A model generated the notes under the pieces. It saw only the letters and a program-made list of their open reading frames with translations, was not told where the DNA came from and did not search any database. Position numbers and translations under genes: made by a program. 64,000 bases of DNA from Tenrec ecaudatus (lineage: Eukaryota). Shown here piece after piece: positions 1-12,400 of this stretch (within the stretch, counting starts at the first letter, position 1; every line of letters starts with the position of its first letter). Location of the stretch: the NCBI RefSeq assembly GCF_050624435.1, contig NC_134541.1, positions 125,086,480 through 125,150,479 on the forward strand. The letters are read 5' to 3'.

Positions 1-62
1 CGATCTAACTTTTATTTCCTTTCTTCGGCCAGCATAGGGTGTAGTTTATGATTTCCTTAAGG

Positions 63-253
63 CAGCGGTTCTCAACCTGTGGGTTACAAACCCTTTGGGG
101 GTCGAACAACCCTTTCACAGGGGTCACCTGATTCATCACAGTAGCAAAATGACAGTTATGAAGTAGCAATGGAAATAATCTTATGGATGGGGGTCACCAC
201 CACATGAGGAACTGTATGGAGGGTCGCAGCAGGAGGAAGCTTGGGAAGCACTG
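63..253 (+). mobile_element. MITE-like nonautonomous DNA transposon, ~190 bp with ~14-bp terminal inverted repeats (cagYggttctcaacc ... ggttgagaaccactg type), copy A
   Basis: The copy starts with cagcggttctcaacctgtggg and ends with gcttgggaagcactg, which is an imperfect inverted repeat of the start. Two further copies lie at 32297-32484 and 60418-61085. Confidence 0.55.
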
Positions 254-916
254 CCCTATGGGGTTGTTCTTTGTCATCAAGCTGATTGCAACTCACGGCA
301 CCCCATGCATGTCAGAGAAGACCCCATGACTACTCAGTTCTTGAGGTTGTTAATTTTCAGAAATAGTTCATTGGGGTTAGCTTCTGGGGCACCTCTGGGG
401 GCCTTCAGATTGGCAACCTTTCGGCTGGTTGTCCAGTGGTGAACTATCTCCACCACTCAGGAACTCCTCTGAAGGTGTGCAGGTAGGTGATTGAGATCTT
501 TTCCCTTATAGTCATTCACAGCTATAAATTTCTCTCGGAGCCCTGCTTTTGCTGCATCCCCTAAAATTTGGCCTGGGTTTTCATTTAAAATTTCTCTTTA
601 ATAATTTTTCCAAAACAATATTTTTTCGCCTTGCACTCATTAAGAATGTGTTCCCTACCTTACACATATTTGTCAGTTTTCCTACTGATTTGTCATTTTA
701 TTCTATTATGATCGAAAATAGCTATATTATTGCATTTTTTTAAAGATACGAAGACTTGTTTCATAATCCAACATATGATCTATCCAGGAGAATGAGCCAT
801 GTGTACGACAGAAGATTGCGTGTCTGATAGGTCTAACTAGTTTCTTGATCGTTGGTTTAGGTCTGAAAGAAACTTCTCCTACCACACATGGCCAACAATG
901 TAATCCCATCTTATTC

Positions 917-949
<33 letters not shown>

Positions 950-950
950 T
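917..950. repeat. (GT)n microsatellite
   Basis: The tract is gtgtgtgtgtgtgtgtgtgtgtgtatgtgtgt. Confidence 0.9.
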
Positions 951-1112
951 AGTTGAGTGATCTTTTACAGCCACTGGGCCTCGTGACATTATCTAGGATT
1001 CTGAGACCTTAGGTCAGCTTCTTCTGCCCCCAAGCATTCTCTGCTCCTCAAATCGCCAGGGTTGTTGTTGCCTGATGACCTGTGTCTATAAGGGTCCCTC
1101 TATGGCATTTTC

Positions 1113-1292
1113 GGGAGTCCCGGTGGCCTGGTGCTTACGCGTTGGGCTGTGATCTAGCTGCAAGATCAGAGTTCGAAACCACCAGCTTTGCTGCGGACAC
1201 ACATGGGGCTTTCTACTCTCAGAGAGTTAGACTTGGAAACCCATCCTAGAGCCTCACTGTGAGTCCACCTAGACTCCCAGGCAGTGAACATT
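1113..1292 (+). mobile_element. AfroSINE (tRNA-derived SINE), followed by duplicated 3' fragment at 1300-1378
   Basis: It has a tRNA-like head (gggagtcccggtggcctggtgcttacgcgttgggctg...agttcgaaaccaccagc) and a conserved tail (ggggcagttctaccctgtcc...tatgagtc). Confidence 0.7.
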
Positions 1293-1490
1293 TGTATGTT
1301 AGACTTGGAAACTCACAGGGGCAGTTCTACCCTGTCCCAGAGCCTCGCTATGAGTCCTAGGCAGTGACTTTGCCTGGAACCCTTGGCCTCGGGAAGGCTT
1401 CCTTAAGACTCTTCTCTAAGCACCCCCTTCGGCCCTAGCACCCCCTCTGTCTAGCCCACCTCATTTGCCTCCTGCAGGAGCTTGCGTCAG

Positions 1491-1690
1491 GAGGCCTGGC
1501 GGCTAGTGTTTACCAGTTCGGCTCCGATCTGAAAGGTCGGCAGTTCGAAACTACCAGCCGTTCTCTTCTGGGGAGAACGGGCTTTGGACGCCCGTCCACC
1601 GTTACGGTCTCGGAAACCCACAGTTCCAGCCCGTCTCACAGGGCCGTGGTGAACCCGCTTCGACTCCACAACACCGAGTTTGGTTTTTTA
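1491..1690 (+). mobile_element. AfroSINE
   Basis: It runs aggcctggcggctagtgtttaccagttcggctcc...ggtcggcagttcgaaactaccagcc...cgactccacaacaccgagtttggtttttt. Confidence 0.7.
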
Positions 1691-1699
1691 AGAGCTTCC

Positions 1700-2450
1700 T
1701 GGATGCTTGCTTCAAAGTCCCCTGAGCCTGGCCCAGTCCCCTCCGCTCTCTGAGCCTCAGTTTCCCCTTGAGGCGCTCTGCGCGCGGAGACACCGCCGCG
1801 GGGGGCACGGAGCACCCCACGCGTGGCCAGCGTGCCACCCCTGCAGCCTGCGCGGCCTTCCGGACTCCGCGCCCACTGCGCATGCTCTGCACTCGCCCCG
1901 CCCCCCGCGCTTGGGGGCGGGGTCTGGGCGCGCCTGCGCAGTTGCTGCGCCCGGCTTCCGGGCCTTGCAGACGCGATGAGACCCAGGGCCAGTGTCGCCG
2001 AGTAGCGGGGGCGTGTGGGCGTGCTGGCCCAGAGGTCGGTGCCAGCGGGGTCTTCGGGTTTGCGCCGAAAGGTGCGGAAAGAACCTGGGTTCGCCGCCCG
2101 CCGCCACCACCTGGCATGTCGGCCGAGGCCTCGGGCCCGGCGGCGGCCGCGGGCCCGTCCCTGGAAGCCCCGAAGTCCTCGGGTCTCGAACCTGCGCCCG
2201 CTGCGTACGGTCCCAGCCCGCTCACCCCGAACAGCAAGTACGTGAAGCTGAACGTGGGCGGCTCGCTGCACTACACCACCTTGCGCACCCTCACGGGGCA
2301 GGACACCATGCTTAAAGCCATGTTTAGCGGCCGCGTGGAGGTGCTCACCGACGCCGGAGGTATGCACGCCGCTTTCCGTGTGCCGTCAGCCCCCCCAGGT
2401 CCCTTCCCCCCACTCTTGAGGTGCCCACGCTCCAGGCAGCCCCCTCTCTG
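1700..2450 (+). promoter_or_regulatory. KCTD13: CpG-island promoter / 5'UTR region of KCTD13 (GC boxes, e.g. gggggcggggtctgggcgcgcc at ~1908-1930; TATA-less)
   Basis: Very high CpG density and GC content just upstream of and across the KCTD13 ATG at 2116. Flanking AT-richer repeat DNA ends at about 1690. Confidence 0.6.
2116..2359 (+). CDS. KCTD13: KCTD13 coding exon 1 (BTB/POZ N-terminus)
   Basis: ATG at 2116. Translation is [82 protein letters not shown], matching the KCTD13 (BACURD1/PDIP1) family N-terminus. The donor is ag|gtatg after 2359, in phase 1. Confidence 0.9.
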
Positions 2451-3084
2451 CTCCACTGCAGCCCCGTATCCCATCTTTCTTTCCTTCCTTCCCTGTCTCA
2501 CCCAGTCTCCCACCTGCTCCTGCCCCGTGCCCACCAGCAGTAAGCAACTGAGCCCCTAACTCTGGACCAAGCCCTAGGATACAGCATCATTCTTAACCTT
2601 CATTCTGCACATCCACGCACCAGACGCCCCTCACTCTCCCACCCTTCCCACCGCTGCTCAGATGACTTGAGAACCAAACCTGCCACCTGCAGCTAACCCT
2701 CCTGAAGTCAACCTTTGTTTCCGCCTGCCTGGGCGTCCCCCCCCCCTCCCAACACCAGCCCAGAGACTGGGAGACCTCTAGCCTGGAGGAATCCATCTGT
2801 GGATGCAGGTTCAACAGAAGACAGCTTTGAGTTTGGCAGTTCCCCTGAGCGGGCAGTTCCCCTTGGCAATTACCTTCATACAGCTCAGGGCCCCCTGGGG
2901 TGGGGCCCAGGGGGACGGTGGGTGCAGCAAAATGTTGGGTGAGGGGATTCAGAAAGGGTTGGCAAGGATTGTGAAAACACGAAATAAAAACTTTAGGATG
3001 GGGTGGTGCACAGCTTTGAAGAAGGTGCAAACTTAGGCGGCATATATGTTCAATGCTAGGGACAGGTTGGTATTGAATCTGATT

Positions 3085-3290
3085 CAACTGACACCAAACA
3101 AAACAACACTGTCACTGTTGCTTCTGACTCATCATGACCCATAGGACAGGGTAGAACTGCCCCTGTGGGTTTCTGAGACCATCACTGCTGATGGGAGCAG
3201 ACAGCCCCAGCGCTCTCCCACGTAACTGCTGGGGGTTTCAAACTGCTGACCTGGTGGTTAACTCATAGCCACTTGACCACGAGGGCTCCG
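3085..3290 (-). mobile_element. AfroSINE (reverse orientation)
   Basis: It is the reverse complement of the SINE consensus, from caactgacaccaaacaaaac...gggtagaactgcccctgtgggtttc to aactgctgacctggtggttaactcatagccacttgaccacgagggctcc. Confidence 0.75.
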
Positions 3291-3544
3291 GATTCTGACT
3301 CGTGCCAAGTAATCAAACAACAACAACAAAACGTATCTGTGATTACGGATCATGATACATTCTGTGAACACTCTCAATAAAGGTCTAGTGACCTGCATCA
3401 TGAGCATTAATGAAAACAGGTTGGAAGTTTACTGATAAGGTAATTCCATAAGGGTTTTCTCATGGTGGAAACCTTCTGACCACAGAACAGAGAGAGGAGG
3501 GAGTTGATTCTCTGTGGTTGGAAATATTTAAAGGGAACCTCTGG

Positions 3545-3660
3545 GACCGTGGGAGAAAGACGAGACTTACTCTCTCGGAAACCTACATCGACAGTTCTGC
3601 CCTGTCCTATAGGGTCGTTCGGAGTTGACCTCGACTCAGTAGCAGTGAGTTTGAGTTTTA
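3545..3660 (+). mobile_element. AfroSINE 3' fragment
   Basis: It reads ctctcggaaacctacatcgacagttctgccctgtcctatagggtcgttcggagttgacctcgactcagtagcagtgagtttgag. Confidence 0.6.
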
Positions 3661-3825
3661 TGGGGCCGAGGATATTTCAGAGGGGTTCCTTTGGTTACGG
3701 CAGACGTTTGGAGCAGATCAGAATGCAGACTGTGTTGTAACCTGGAATATATATATGTATATCAAAGGGTGGTGGCCTCAGGACCTCCAGCAAAGTCTTT
3801 CTTCCTGTTTCCTCACCCCTGCCAG

Positions 3826-3995
3826 GCTGGGTCCTGATTGACCGGAGTGGCCGCCACTTTGGTACCATCCTCAACTACCTGCGGGACGGATCAGTGCCGC
3901 TCCCGGAGAGCACCCAGGAACTGGGGGAGCTCCTAGGGGAAGCCCGCTACTACCTGGTCCAGGGCCTGATTGAGGACTGCCAGCTGGCCCTGCAG
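3826..3995 (+). CDS. KCTD13: KCTD13 coding exon 2
   Basis: The acceptor cctgccag| precedes 3826. Together with the g carried over from exon 1 the exon encodes [56 protein letters not shown]. The donor is cag|gtgagg after 3995. Confidence 0.9.
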
Positions 3996-5788
3996 GTGAG
4001 GTCCCTTCCCTGTCTCAGTGCCCCACCCCAAGACCCTGGGGGAGCCACATAGTGGCTCATGACTAAACTCTCTGCCAGAGGGTCCACTGCGAAGCAGAGC
4101 TGCCCCTTTGGGTTTCCCAGGCTGTAATCTCAACAGCTGATGGACACATCTTTCACCCATGGACTGGCTGGTGGGTGCAGACCACCCAACTTCATGATTA
4201 GCCTTGGAGCACTTACATTGTCAGGAGTGGGAGGGTCCTGCCTGCAAAGTTCTTAGGGTAAAACCTGGCTCTTACTGGCTGTGACCCAGAATTTGAGAGT
4301 CTTTTGTACTCCCTCTCCGCTTCCTCAAGCAGAGCCCTCCTCAGGGGCCAGAATTCTTGCAACCCTTGAATGGTAGTTGTCCCGCTACTTGCTGGTTTTA
4401 CCTGATCAGCCCAGCTGTTCCACTACCTCCTGAGTAATTATCACTAAATACAGGCCCAATCTGTTCTCGCCTTTGCTCAGAAAGACTAACTCGCTCCCTA
4501 GTGCCACTCGGAAAAGAACGCCAAATGGAAATATAAGGACCCATGATCTCGCCTCTCCCTCACCCTAGTGTCTCTCTGTTTGGTTCTCTCTCTCTCCGAA
4601 GTAGTGAATCCTTAACTCCCAAATGAAGTAAAATCTCATAGAGGCAGAACTGCTCCTGGTAAAGCGGGGCTAGCGGTCCCAGCCTTCCCCGCAACCCCAA
4701 GCAGCTCTTGCGGCAGTTTTGTGGATCTCTGAAGATTGGGAGGCTCTGGGTTTGGAAACAGCAGCCAAGGCCTATGGGTTCAGGCTTAGCTCTCCTGAGG
4801 ATCAGCGAGTAGTGTAACCTTGGGTGAGCCCCTCCCCATCTTCGGCGCTGCATCCGGGCTTCCAGAAGATAAGAAGAAGCAGCGTCTTGAGTTTTCACAT
4901 AAAGCCTTTTATTCTGCCTTGACAATGTTAAAATGTGCCCTTCGGGATGCAGTTTAGGATTGCAGGCCGTTTGTGATACAGTAGTAACAGGGGGGATAAA
5001 ACTAGTCACAGGAGAGCGTGCTCTTAGTAAAGAAGTGACAACTTGGAACCGTGCTCTGTTATCAGGGGATGCTTACTGAGTGCTTGTCCTTGTCTTCATG
5101 TAAATTATAACAAAACCTTTGCCATTTTAACCAGTTTGAAGGTGTGTAAAATTCCACTGACAAAAAAGAATATAAATGATAAAGGGGACATGGGGGAGGC
5201 AGGGTGGGGAAGGGAGGGAAAAAAATGAGGATCTGATACCAAGGGCTCAAGTAGAAAGAAAATGTTTTGAAAATGATGATGACAACATATGTACAGATGC
5301 GATTGACACAATGGATATGTGTTTAAATTGTGACAAGAGCTGTAAGAGCCCACAATTAAAAACAAAACCCAGTGGCATTCATTATAGGCAACCTGTGTCG
5401 CAACCTATCACCATGATCAGTTTCCACATGTGCACCCAGGACCCCAGAGTATAGGATTCCTTTGGACAGTATCCACGTTTTGCAGACTGGCTGACCGCAC
5501 CCTCCAGGAAGAAGAAACATTTATATTCAAGTACACGTAACTCAGAGAAGCATCTTTAAACGTGATGCCTTTAGTGAAATACGCTCTGCTGTCTTGTGTG
5601 TTCGTTTGTTTTGGTCTTACTGCTGGTTGAGACCTGCTAAACTGACTTCACGAAGGAGTTACCACTCACCTACAGGACACTGGAAGTGTGCTCCTGAGCT
5701 ATAGTTTAACTACGTCCACCTACTGATTTAACTACAGGGAATCACAGCTACTTCTGTGGCTCTCGGCTTGAAGGTAGATTTGGTACAC

Positions 5789-6035
5789 GCATTGCCATCA
5801 ACAGGAACCTCAGAGAGGTTGGGTCCAAACCCCAAATCCTCACCGCCGTCAAGTCAGCTGGCTCGCGGTGACCTTCGAGGGCAGGGTAAAACTGCCCCTG
5901 GAGGGTTCCCAGCCTGTAGCTCTTTACCGGAGTAGAAAGCCTCATCTTTCTCCCAGTGGGCAGCTGCTGGATTAGAACTGCTGACCTGGAGGTTAACAGC
6001 CCACTGTTTAACCACAACGCCAGAAAGAGCCAGTC
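5789..6035 (-). mobile_element. AfroSINE-related tRNA-derived SINE (reverse orientation)
   Basis: Its tail is gaactgctgacctggaggttaacagcccactgtttaaccacaacgcc; the reverse complement matches the SINE head. Confidence 0.6.
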
Positions 6036-6183
6036 AGTGGCAGCGCTCAGGATCCACCGCCGGCTATCTGGCTGCAAGTGTGGTGCTTTTTCTGTTGTGT
6101 TCCAGCCACGTCTTCTCCGGGTCTCAGATTCTTTTTTCCTTCAAAGAAGGTACAGAGAATTTTCATCCCGCCCTTGAGTTTGT

Positions 6184-6372
6184 GATGCTCTGGTGGCATA
6201 ATGGTTGCACATTGGGCTTCGATCCACAAGGTCGGCGGTTTGAAACCACCATCCGCCCTTTGTATAACTGTTAGAGTCTCGGAAGCCTACAGGGGCATTC
6301 GCCGTGTCTGATGCCTGATAGGGTCTCTATGTCGGAGTTCACTCAACGGCAGTGAGTTTTCTCCGTTTGTGG
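6184..6372 (+). mobile_element. AfroSINE
   Basis: It runs gatgctctggtggcataatggttgcacattgggcttcgatccacaaggtcggcggtttgaaaccaccatccgcc...tcaacggcagtgagttttc. Confidence 0.75.
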
Positions 6373-7664
6373 TCCTTGGTTCTCTGTAAGTCTCTTCTTG
6401 GAAGAGCTCATTCGCACTCCTCCTCTGCTCCCCTCTTCCCGGGGGTGTCCATGTCCTATGTTTGGATGCCTTCACTCCCATCCTGTCCCCGCTCTTGCAC
6501 GCTGAGGCCTGGTTTTGCGTGTGTACATTGCAGATCCAAATGCCTCTGAGCTGCAGAGAGCTCGTCCTGTTTCTTAGTTTCGTTTTCTGCACTTGGCACT
6601 CAAGGGCTCGGGCTGCCTTGTGTGCATTTAGCCTGTCACTTCCAGCTGCTGGACAAGAATCACCGCATTTTATTTACCCATTCCCCGGGGGCGGAGACCC
6701 CGCTTTGTGTCACCCGACCCCCACACACCGTGCCCCAGGGAGCCTCCTTCACCATGTGTCCCCTGGTGGCCCGAGCCAGGGTTTCTCGGAGTGTGGCTGG
6801 GAGAGGCGCTAGTTCATTAGCCTTTTATGCCTGTAGCCCTGTCAGCCGGATGCCAGGAATCCTGTTTCCGAGCAACCTCAGTCACACGTGGCATCTGTAG
6901 CTTTCTGACTTTGCCTGACTGATGAGGACCTCGTTTGAATTTGCATGCTCTGACTAATGATGTTGAGCATGTTTGTAAACTCACTAGTGTTTCTTTTTGT
7001 TTCCCCTCCTGTGAACTGCCTATTCATATTCTTTACCTAATTTCCTACCGAGTTTCCTGTTTATTTTGGTGGTTTCTTCCTTTCTCTTTTTTTGTTGCTT
7101 TGCAGGAGGAGTTCCTTGCATATTTTAGCTCAATCTTTTGCAGCCGGGGAAACAGGAGGCCTGTTAGCCTAAGGCACTGGCACATAATAAATTAGCTTTC
7201 CCCTTCATACCCAGAACTGCCGATTGCAATGTCCGGGTTGAACCCACTAGCTCCTCCACCGGAGAACGTTGAGACTGGCTGCTTCTATAAAGATTCACAG
7301 CCGCAAAAACCCTTTGGAGTTTCGAGATGAGTCCAGGTTGATTCAGTGGTAGTGGGCTGGGTCTGTGGGCACCTGGACTGGTGCCATTTACCTGGGATCC
7401 TGGGGAGAACGGAGAAAATAAGCAAATTACTTTCTGGGGCTCAAGCCTCGGCTGAGCAGGCCCAGCTAAGAACAGTTGTTCCCCTTAGAAATTTTTAGTC
7501 CGTGTTAGACGTGGGCAAAATTGTTTCTCTCAGAATGTGGCCTATCTGCGTCATTCGCTGTTGCATAGAAATCTTAGATTTATTTATAATTACAAAAAGC
7601 CATTTTTTAAAAGTAGAATTGTGCATTTTAGAAATCTAGAAAACACCGACAAAACAAAAGCACC

Positions 7665-7668
<4 letters not shown>

Positions 7669-7695
<27 letters not shown>
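7669..7695. repeat. (TG)n microsatellite
   Basis: The tract is tgtgtgtgtgtgtgtgtgtgtgtgtg. Confidence 0.9.
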
Positions 7696-8099
7696 ACTTT
7701 GCCAAAAGACAGGTTTGTGTTATTTTCAAATCTGCCCTTTTTTGTTGTTGCTGCTAATGACTGCCATCTTTTCATGTCAGTAGGTTAATATAGTACCCAG
7801 GCCACATTCAAATTGCTCCATATTCAGAGTGTTCTGTAAATGCCTCTTAGAGCCGGCGTGGCGTGTCTAGCCTGAACCCACATTGGGCCCTCTCATTGGG
7901 TCTGGTTGTGAACGCTTCTTCGGCCCGTTCTAAAACATGGTACTGAATCATGAAGGAGACCTCCCGTTGCCCTGCATCACGAACCACTCTCTGAACTTGG
8001 TTGTTTCCTCTTGATCAGCCTGCCCTGCCCTGCCTTGCCAGTCTAGAACAAGCAGATAGATTTAAAGGTTTGATCTGAAACACCTTGACAAGAATACTC

Positions 8100-8650
8100 T
8101 TTGATGAGTGTGGTAGTTCCCTAATGTGGGAAGAGTGTAGGGTGGAGTCTAGGCCGTCAATCTGGAGATAGCCAATGAGACTTCTGTGTGGGCGTGGCCT
8201 TCTCCGAATTCTGGGAAATCTGTGACTTCCTCCTTGGAGGCAGAAGACACCTCTCTCTCTCTCTCTGCTACTCCCTGGGAGACATTGCAGAAGACAAGCC
8301 ACATGGACGCAACCAGACCTCGGAAACTGGAGAAGCCACAGAGAGACCCTGGCCAGCACTGAGATGCTTACAACGCCACTGGATCCAAAGACTTTCTACC
8401 CACTGGCCTGTGATCTTCTGCATTCGGCATCATTGCATGTGTTGCATGAGTCTGAAGAGAACTTTATAGATTGATATCAGAAATATGTGCTAGTATCAGA
8501 CTTATGGACTTGATCTGGACTGGGCTGGGGTGTTTTCTCCATGTTCAGTTGCTCTTGTATATAAACCTCACCCTTATACACATATGTGTGTCCATGGATC
8601 TGTGTCTCCAGTCCCCCCAGACTCACACAATGAGAGTCTGCATCCCTCGT
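8100..8650 (+). mobile_element. Unclassified ~550-bp interspersed repeat (R-family), copy 1, in KCTD13 intron 2
   Basis: It is about 85-90% similar to 63365-63900 and 57625-58550, and to the reverse complement of 56560-57125. Shared blocks include gagtctaggccgtcaatctggagatagcc, aagccacatggacgcaaccaga and ccactggcctgtgatc. Confidence 0.6.
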
Positions 8651-11169
8651 TGAAGTCACATTGAGAGACAGCTAATGCTGCTCATAGGACCCGTCCCTAG
8701 TGACGCTCGTGACTGGCTCTAGATGCAGGTGAAGGCCATTTGGTCCTCAGTTGTAGGAACGTTTCCTTCTCGCCAGCTCTGAAGTCATCCGTGAGGTTAT
8801 CTGTTACTTCTTAATCACACAGCCACTGATGGCCCTGCCTGGGCCGTCCATACTAGGGGTGGCTATGGTCCTGTCATCGGGCCACAGGGAACCCTGTAGG
8901 TGGCATTACTGATGAAAGCACAAGTGTTCATAGTAGCTGGCAGTCGTCTTAGGTGGCATGTGGTCAGGCCCCTTAATAATTTTTTGCCTGATGGTGTCCA
9001 TTTAAGAAACCTTTTCTCTATTTTATATTTTCTGTCCAGCTCTATAGTTTCAGTCTTTGAATGTGAGCGGAATTCAGTTGTAAGTGTGAATTGCAAAGAG
9101 ACTTAACTTTTTGTGTGTTTCCCCTCCCCCCCCCTTCCATAAAGTGAGCTAGATTTTCCAGTGCTACGAACTAAACTATCTCTGTTAGTCGGTGCTTAAG
9201 TGGCTACCCTTGATTCTTGGCTCCTGTATCCGGGCCCTCCTTTAATCCCCTCCCGCGTTGAATAGGGTGGACGTGTGTAACCATTCAGACAATTGTGGAA
9301 ACAACGGTGTGTGTCCCCTGAAGGGAAGTCCTAAACGACAGCCCCGCCGCCACCTTGCACTCTGTCTCTGGTCAGTCACTTTGGGGGCAGCCGGGCCTCA
9401 TGGGGAGGGAGAGAGCCCTGGGAGAAGCCCTGCCCACTGCCAGCACCCACCTACCCACCGTGAGAGCAGCGGATCCTCCAGGCTCCGCCCAATCTGCAGG
9501 TGACCGGAGCCGTGGCCAGCATCTTGACCAGAGCTTCCTGAGTAGCCCCGAGCAGCCAGCCAAGCCAGCTCCAAATTTCTGGCCCAGAGACACTGCTTGG
9601 TGCTGGTTGCTGTTTGAAGTTGCTAACTGTGGAGTTGTTCGTTGAACAGTGATAGCCAAGACAGGCTTTTTAGTTTCTGAAGTCGGGCTGTGCCTGCAAA
9701 CGGCACACGTTGGCGAGCTTTTCAGAGTCTTTGAATGCCAGCCTTTGAGGCGGTGCCGGTGGCAGTTCAGGAACAGTGACTACAATGTAAACTTGGAGAA
9801 CGGGATCCTTGTTAAGCAGTGGTAGGAAGTTTGGCAACAGTGCCGTTGCATCTTTGCCTCTTGTTGGGTTGTTGTCGGGCAGCGTCCAATCCGCTCAACT
9901 CACAGTCACCCCAAGAGCCTCCGAGGGGAGCGCGGTCCATCCCTGCACCGAGCTCACAGCTGTTCTTCCGTCTGAACCCCACTGTGGCAGCCTCCTGAAG
10001 GGCCTTCCTCCTCTCCAAGCATGCTGTCCCTCCAGGGCCTGGTCTCCTGACCGCACGTCCAAGGCACGTGAGGCAAAGTCTCGCCATCCCTGCCCCCAGG
10101 AGCACGCTGGCTGGACGCCTTCCAAGACAGATCCGTCTGTTCCTGGGCAGTCCGAGGGGCCTCCACTTTTCTTCCCCAGCACCGTAGTTCAGCTGCATCA
10201 GTTCCTCTGATCTTCCTCAGTCACCGTGCAGCTGAGACTTGCATGCGAGGCCACTGAACCTCCCGTGGCTTCCACTACCTCCCGACGACCCGTATTGAAA
10301 TCATCCTAATCCTCTAATGTGCTCTGCTTCGTTTTCAGTTGGTGCTTTTCTGCGTTAGTTGGTCCTTTGTGCTAGGCGCTTTGTTTTTTCTGTCCTTGAT
10401 TTAGGGTTTTCTGTATGGGGGAGTCAGGCCGGTGGACCTAGGGAGAGAGCGTCTGGATTAATCATTCCCCGGGAGCCCAGAGGGGGCTGTGGTGGGGGAA
10501 GGCCACAGCAGCAAGGGGTTCAGAGGAAAGAAATGGTCCAAAGCCAACTGTGGTGAGAATTGCACAGCCCCTGCCAATATGACTGAACTGTTGAATGGTA
10601 TAAAATGTCCATGTTGTATAATCATATTACACAAGGGCACAATGCCATGCATGACAACATGCACATAATACACATAACATGCTGTGTCATATGCGACAGC
10701 CCAGTAAAAAACAAACAAAAATGAAAATACCATGGTGTGGGTCAGGCACACCTTAGAACTCAGAGTAACGTCCTTGCTTTTCAACCCTTTATGAGCCCTT
10801 TCAACCTAGGGCAGTCTACTCTGCCCTGTCAGGTCACCGAATCAAAATCAGCTCAACGGATTTTTTGTTTGGGTTTGCTTTTGTTGCTGGGTAGGTAAGT
10901 TTTTAAGGCTGTTTACAAAAACACAAACGATAAACTCGTGGCAGCAAAAATGAAACTCAGTCTAAGCTGCGGTTAATATACTGCTCAGAAAATAGCACTC
11001 AAGTCTCAGAAGTCAGTTAGGTATTTGGCTAAACGACTACATTAGAAAAGAAAGATCACTGTGATTAGATAGCTCGCAGTATTCATCAAAATACCCAGAA
11101 TGCACATAATCAAATAAAAGTTTTATTGATTTTTTAAAAAAACAACGAGCTCTCGTATACCTAATTCCA

Positions 11170-12400
11170 GGCTTCATTTGATCTCTGGACTGCCGTTACC
11201 ACGAGCATTGATTACGGATCCAAGCAAGACACAGTCCTTAACAACTTCAGTCTTACCCTGGCCTGCTGGTTCAGTTGTGAGGATTTTGATTTTTTTTACA
11301 CTGAGTTGTATCCATACCAAGTCCTTGATCTTCATCGGCAAGCGCTTCAGGCCCTCCTCACGTTCAGCAAGCAGGCTCGAGTTGTCGGGTAATAAGTCTT
11401 CCTCCAATCCTGAAGCTGCGTTCTTCGTCATCTGTACCAGCTCCTGTGATGACTTGTCAGCAGACAGGTTGAGTAAGCATCCTGAGAGGATACAGCCCTG
11501 ACGCACCTCTCTCAGGATTTTAACCCGGGCAGCCGTCCCGCATTCTGTTTGCACAACTGCCCCTTGATCCATGTACAAGTTCTGCATGAGCCCAGTGTAG
11601 TGTTCTGGGATTCCCAGTCTTCTCAAGGCTCTCCGCGAGTTTGTCCTGATCCACACAGCTGAATTCCTTTACAAGTAATCATCTTTCTGGCATTCTCCAC
11701 GTTGCGCCAAGGTCTGTCTGACATCAGCAATGATCGACCTTGTTCCACGTCCTCTTCTGGATCCTTCCGGAGCCTCTGGCAGCTCCCGGTCCATGTGCTG
11801 CTGCCCCCGTGGCTGCATGAGCTTCAGTGAATGTTTGCGTGCCTGGGGTATCAGCGACACTGCCTTGTCATTTGAGCATTCTTTTTCTTTGGAATGTGTA
11901 CAAACAGGAGCTCTTCCAGCCAGCTGCCAAGTAGCACGTGTTTCATTTTCCAAATATCCTTGCATCAACAAGTGAGTGCTTCCAGTGCTTCACCAGCTTG
12001 TTGAGACATTGCAGTTGGTGTTCCGTGCCTTCCTGGCACCTTGCCAACACTCTGAGCGCAACTTGACTTCTCCTGTCAAAACCAGCGGTGCCCGCTCCTG
12101 TGCCAGCTCTTGAAACGGCGGGCTGTCCACAGCCTCCTTTAGGGCAGTGACTGCGCCTGCAATCTGCTCTAGATGCCTCCAGCACCCGCCCATATTTTGC
12201 CCTCGGAATCTTTCAAGATCGCAACTCAAGGCTTGAATTTTTTCTCAAGTTCTTTTCCGTTGAAGCTGAGCATGCTCTTCCCGGTTCGGTTTTCCAGCCA
12301 GGTGTTTGCCCATTTCATTAGTGCCATTTCACACTCTCTTTTCCAGCCGCCCTTTGCAATTCCGCTAGCGTAGAACATTTACCTAAGATACGGGGTGATA
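11170..12400 (-). mobile_element. RTE-type (BovB/RTE-like) LINE fragment, degenerate reverse-transcriptase ORF, in KCTD13 intron 2
   Basis: The minus-strand ORFs contain the RTE reverse-transcriptase-like motif ...VRQGCILSGCLLNL... (compare RTE/BovB VRQGCILSPYLFNLY). The frames are broken. RTE is the LINE partner of AfroSINEs. Confidence 0.5.
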
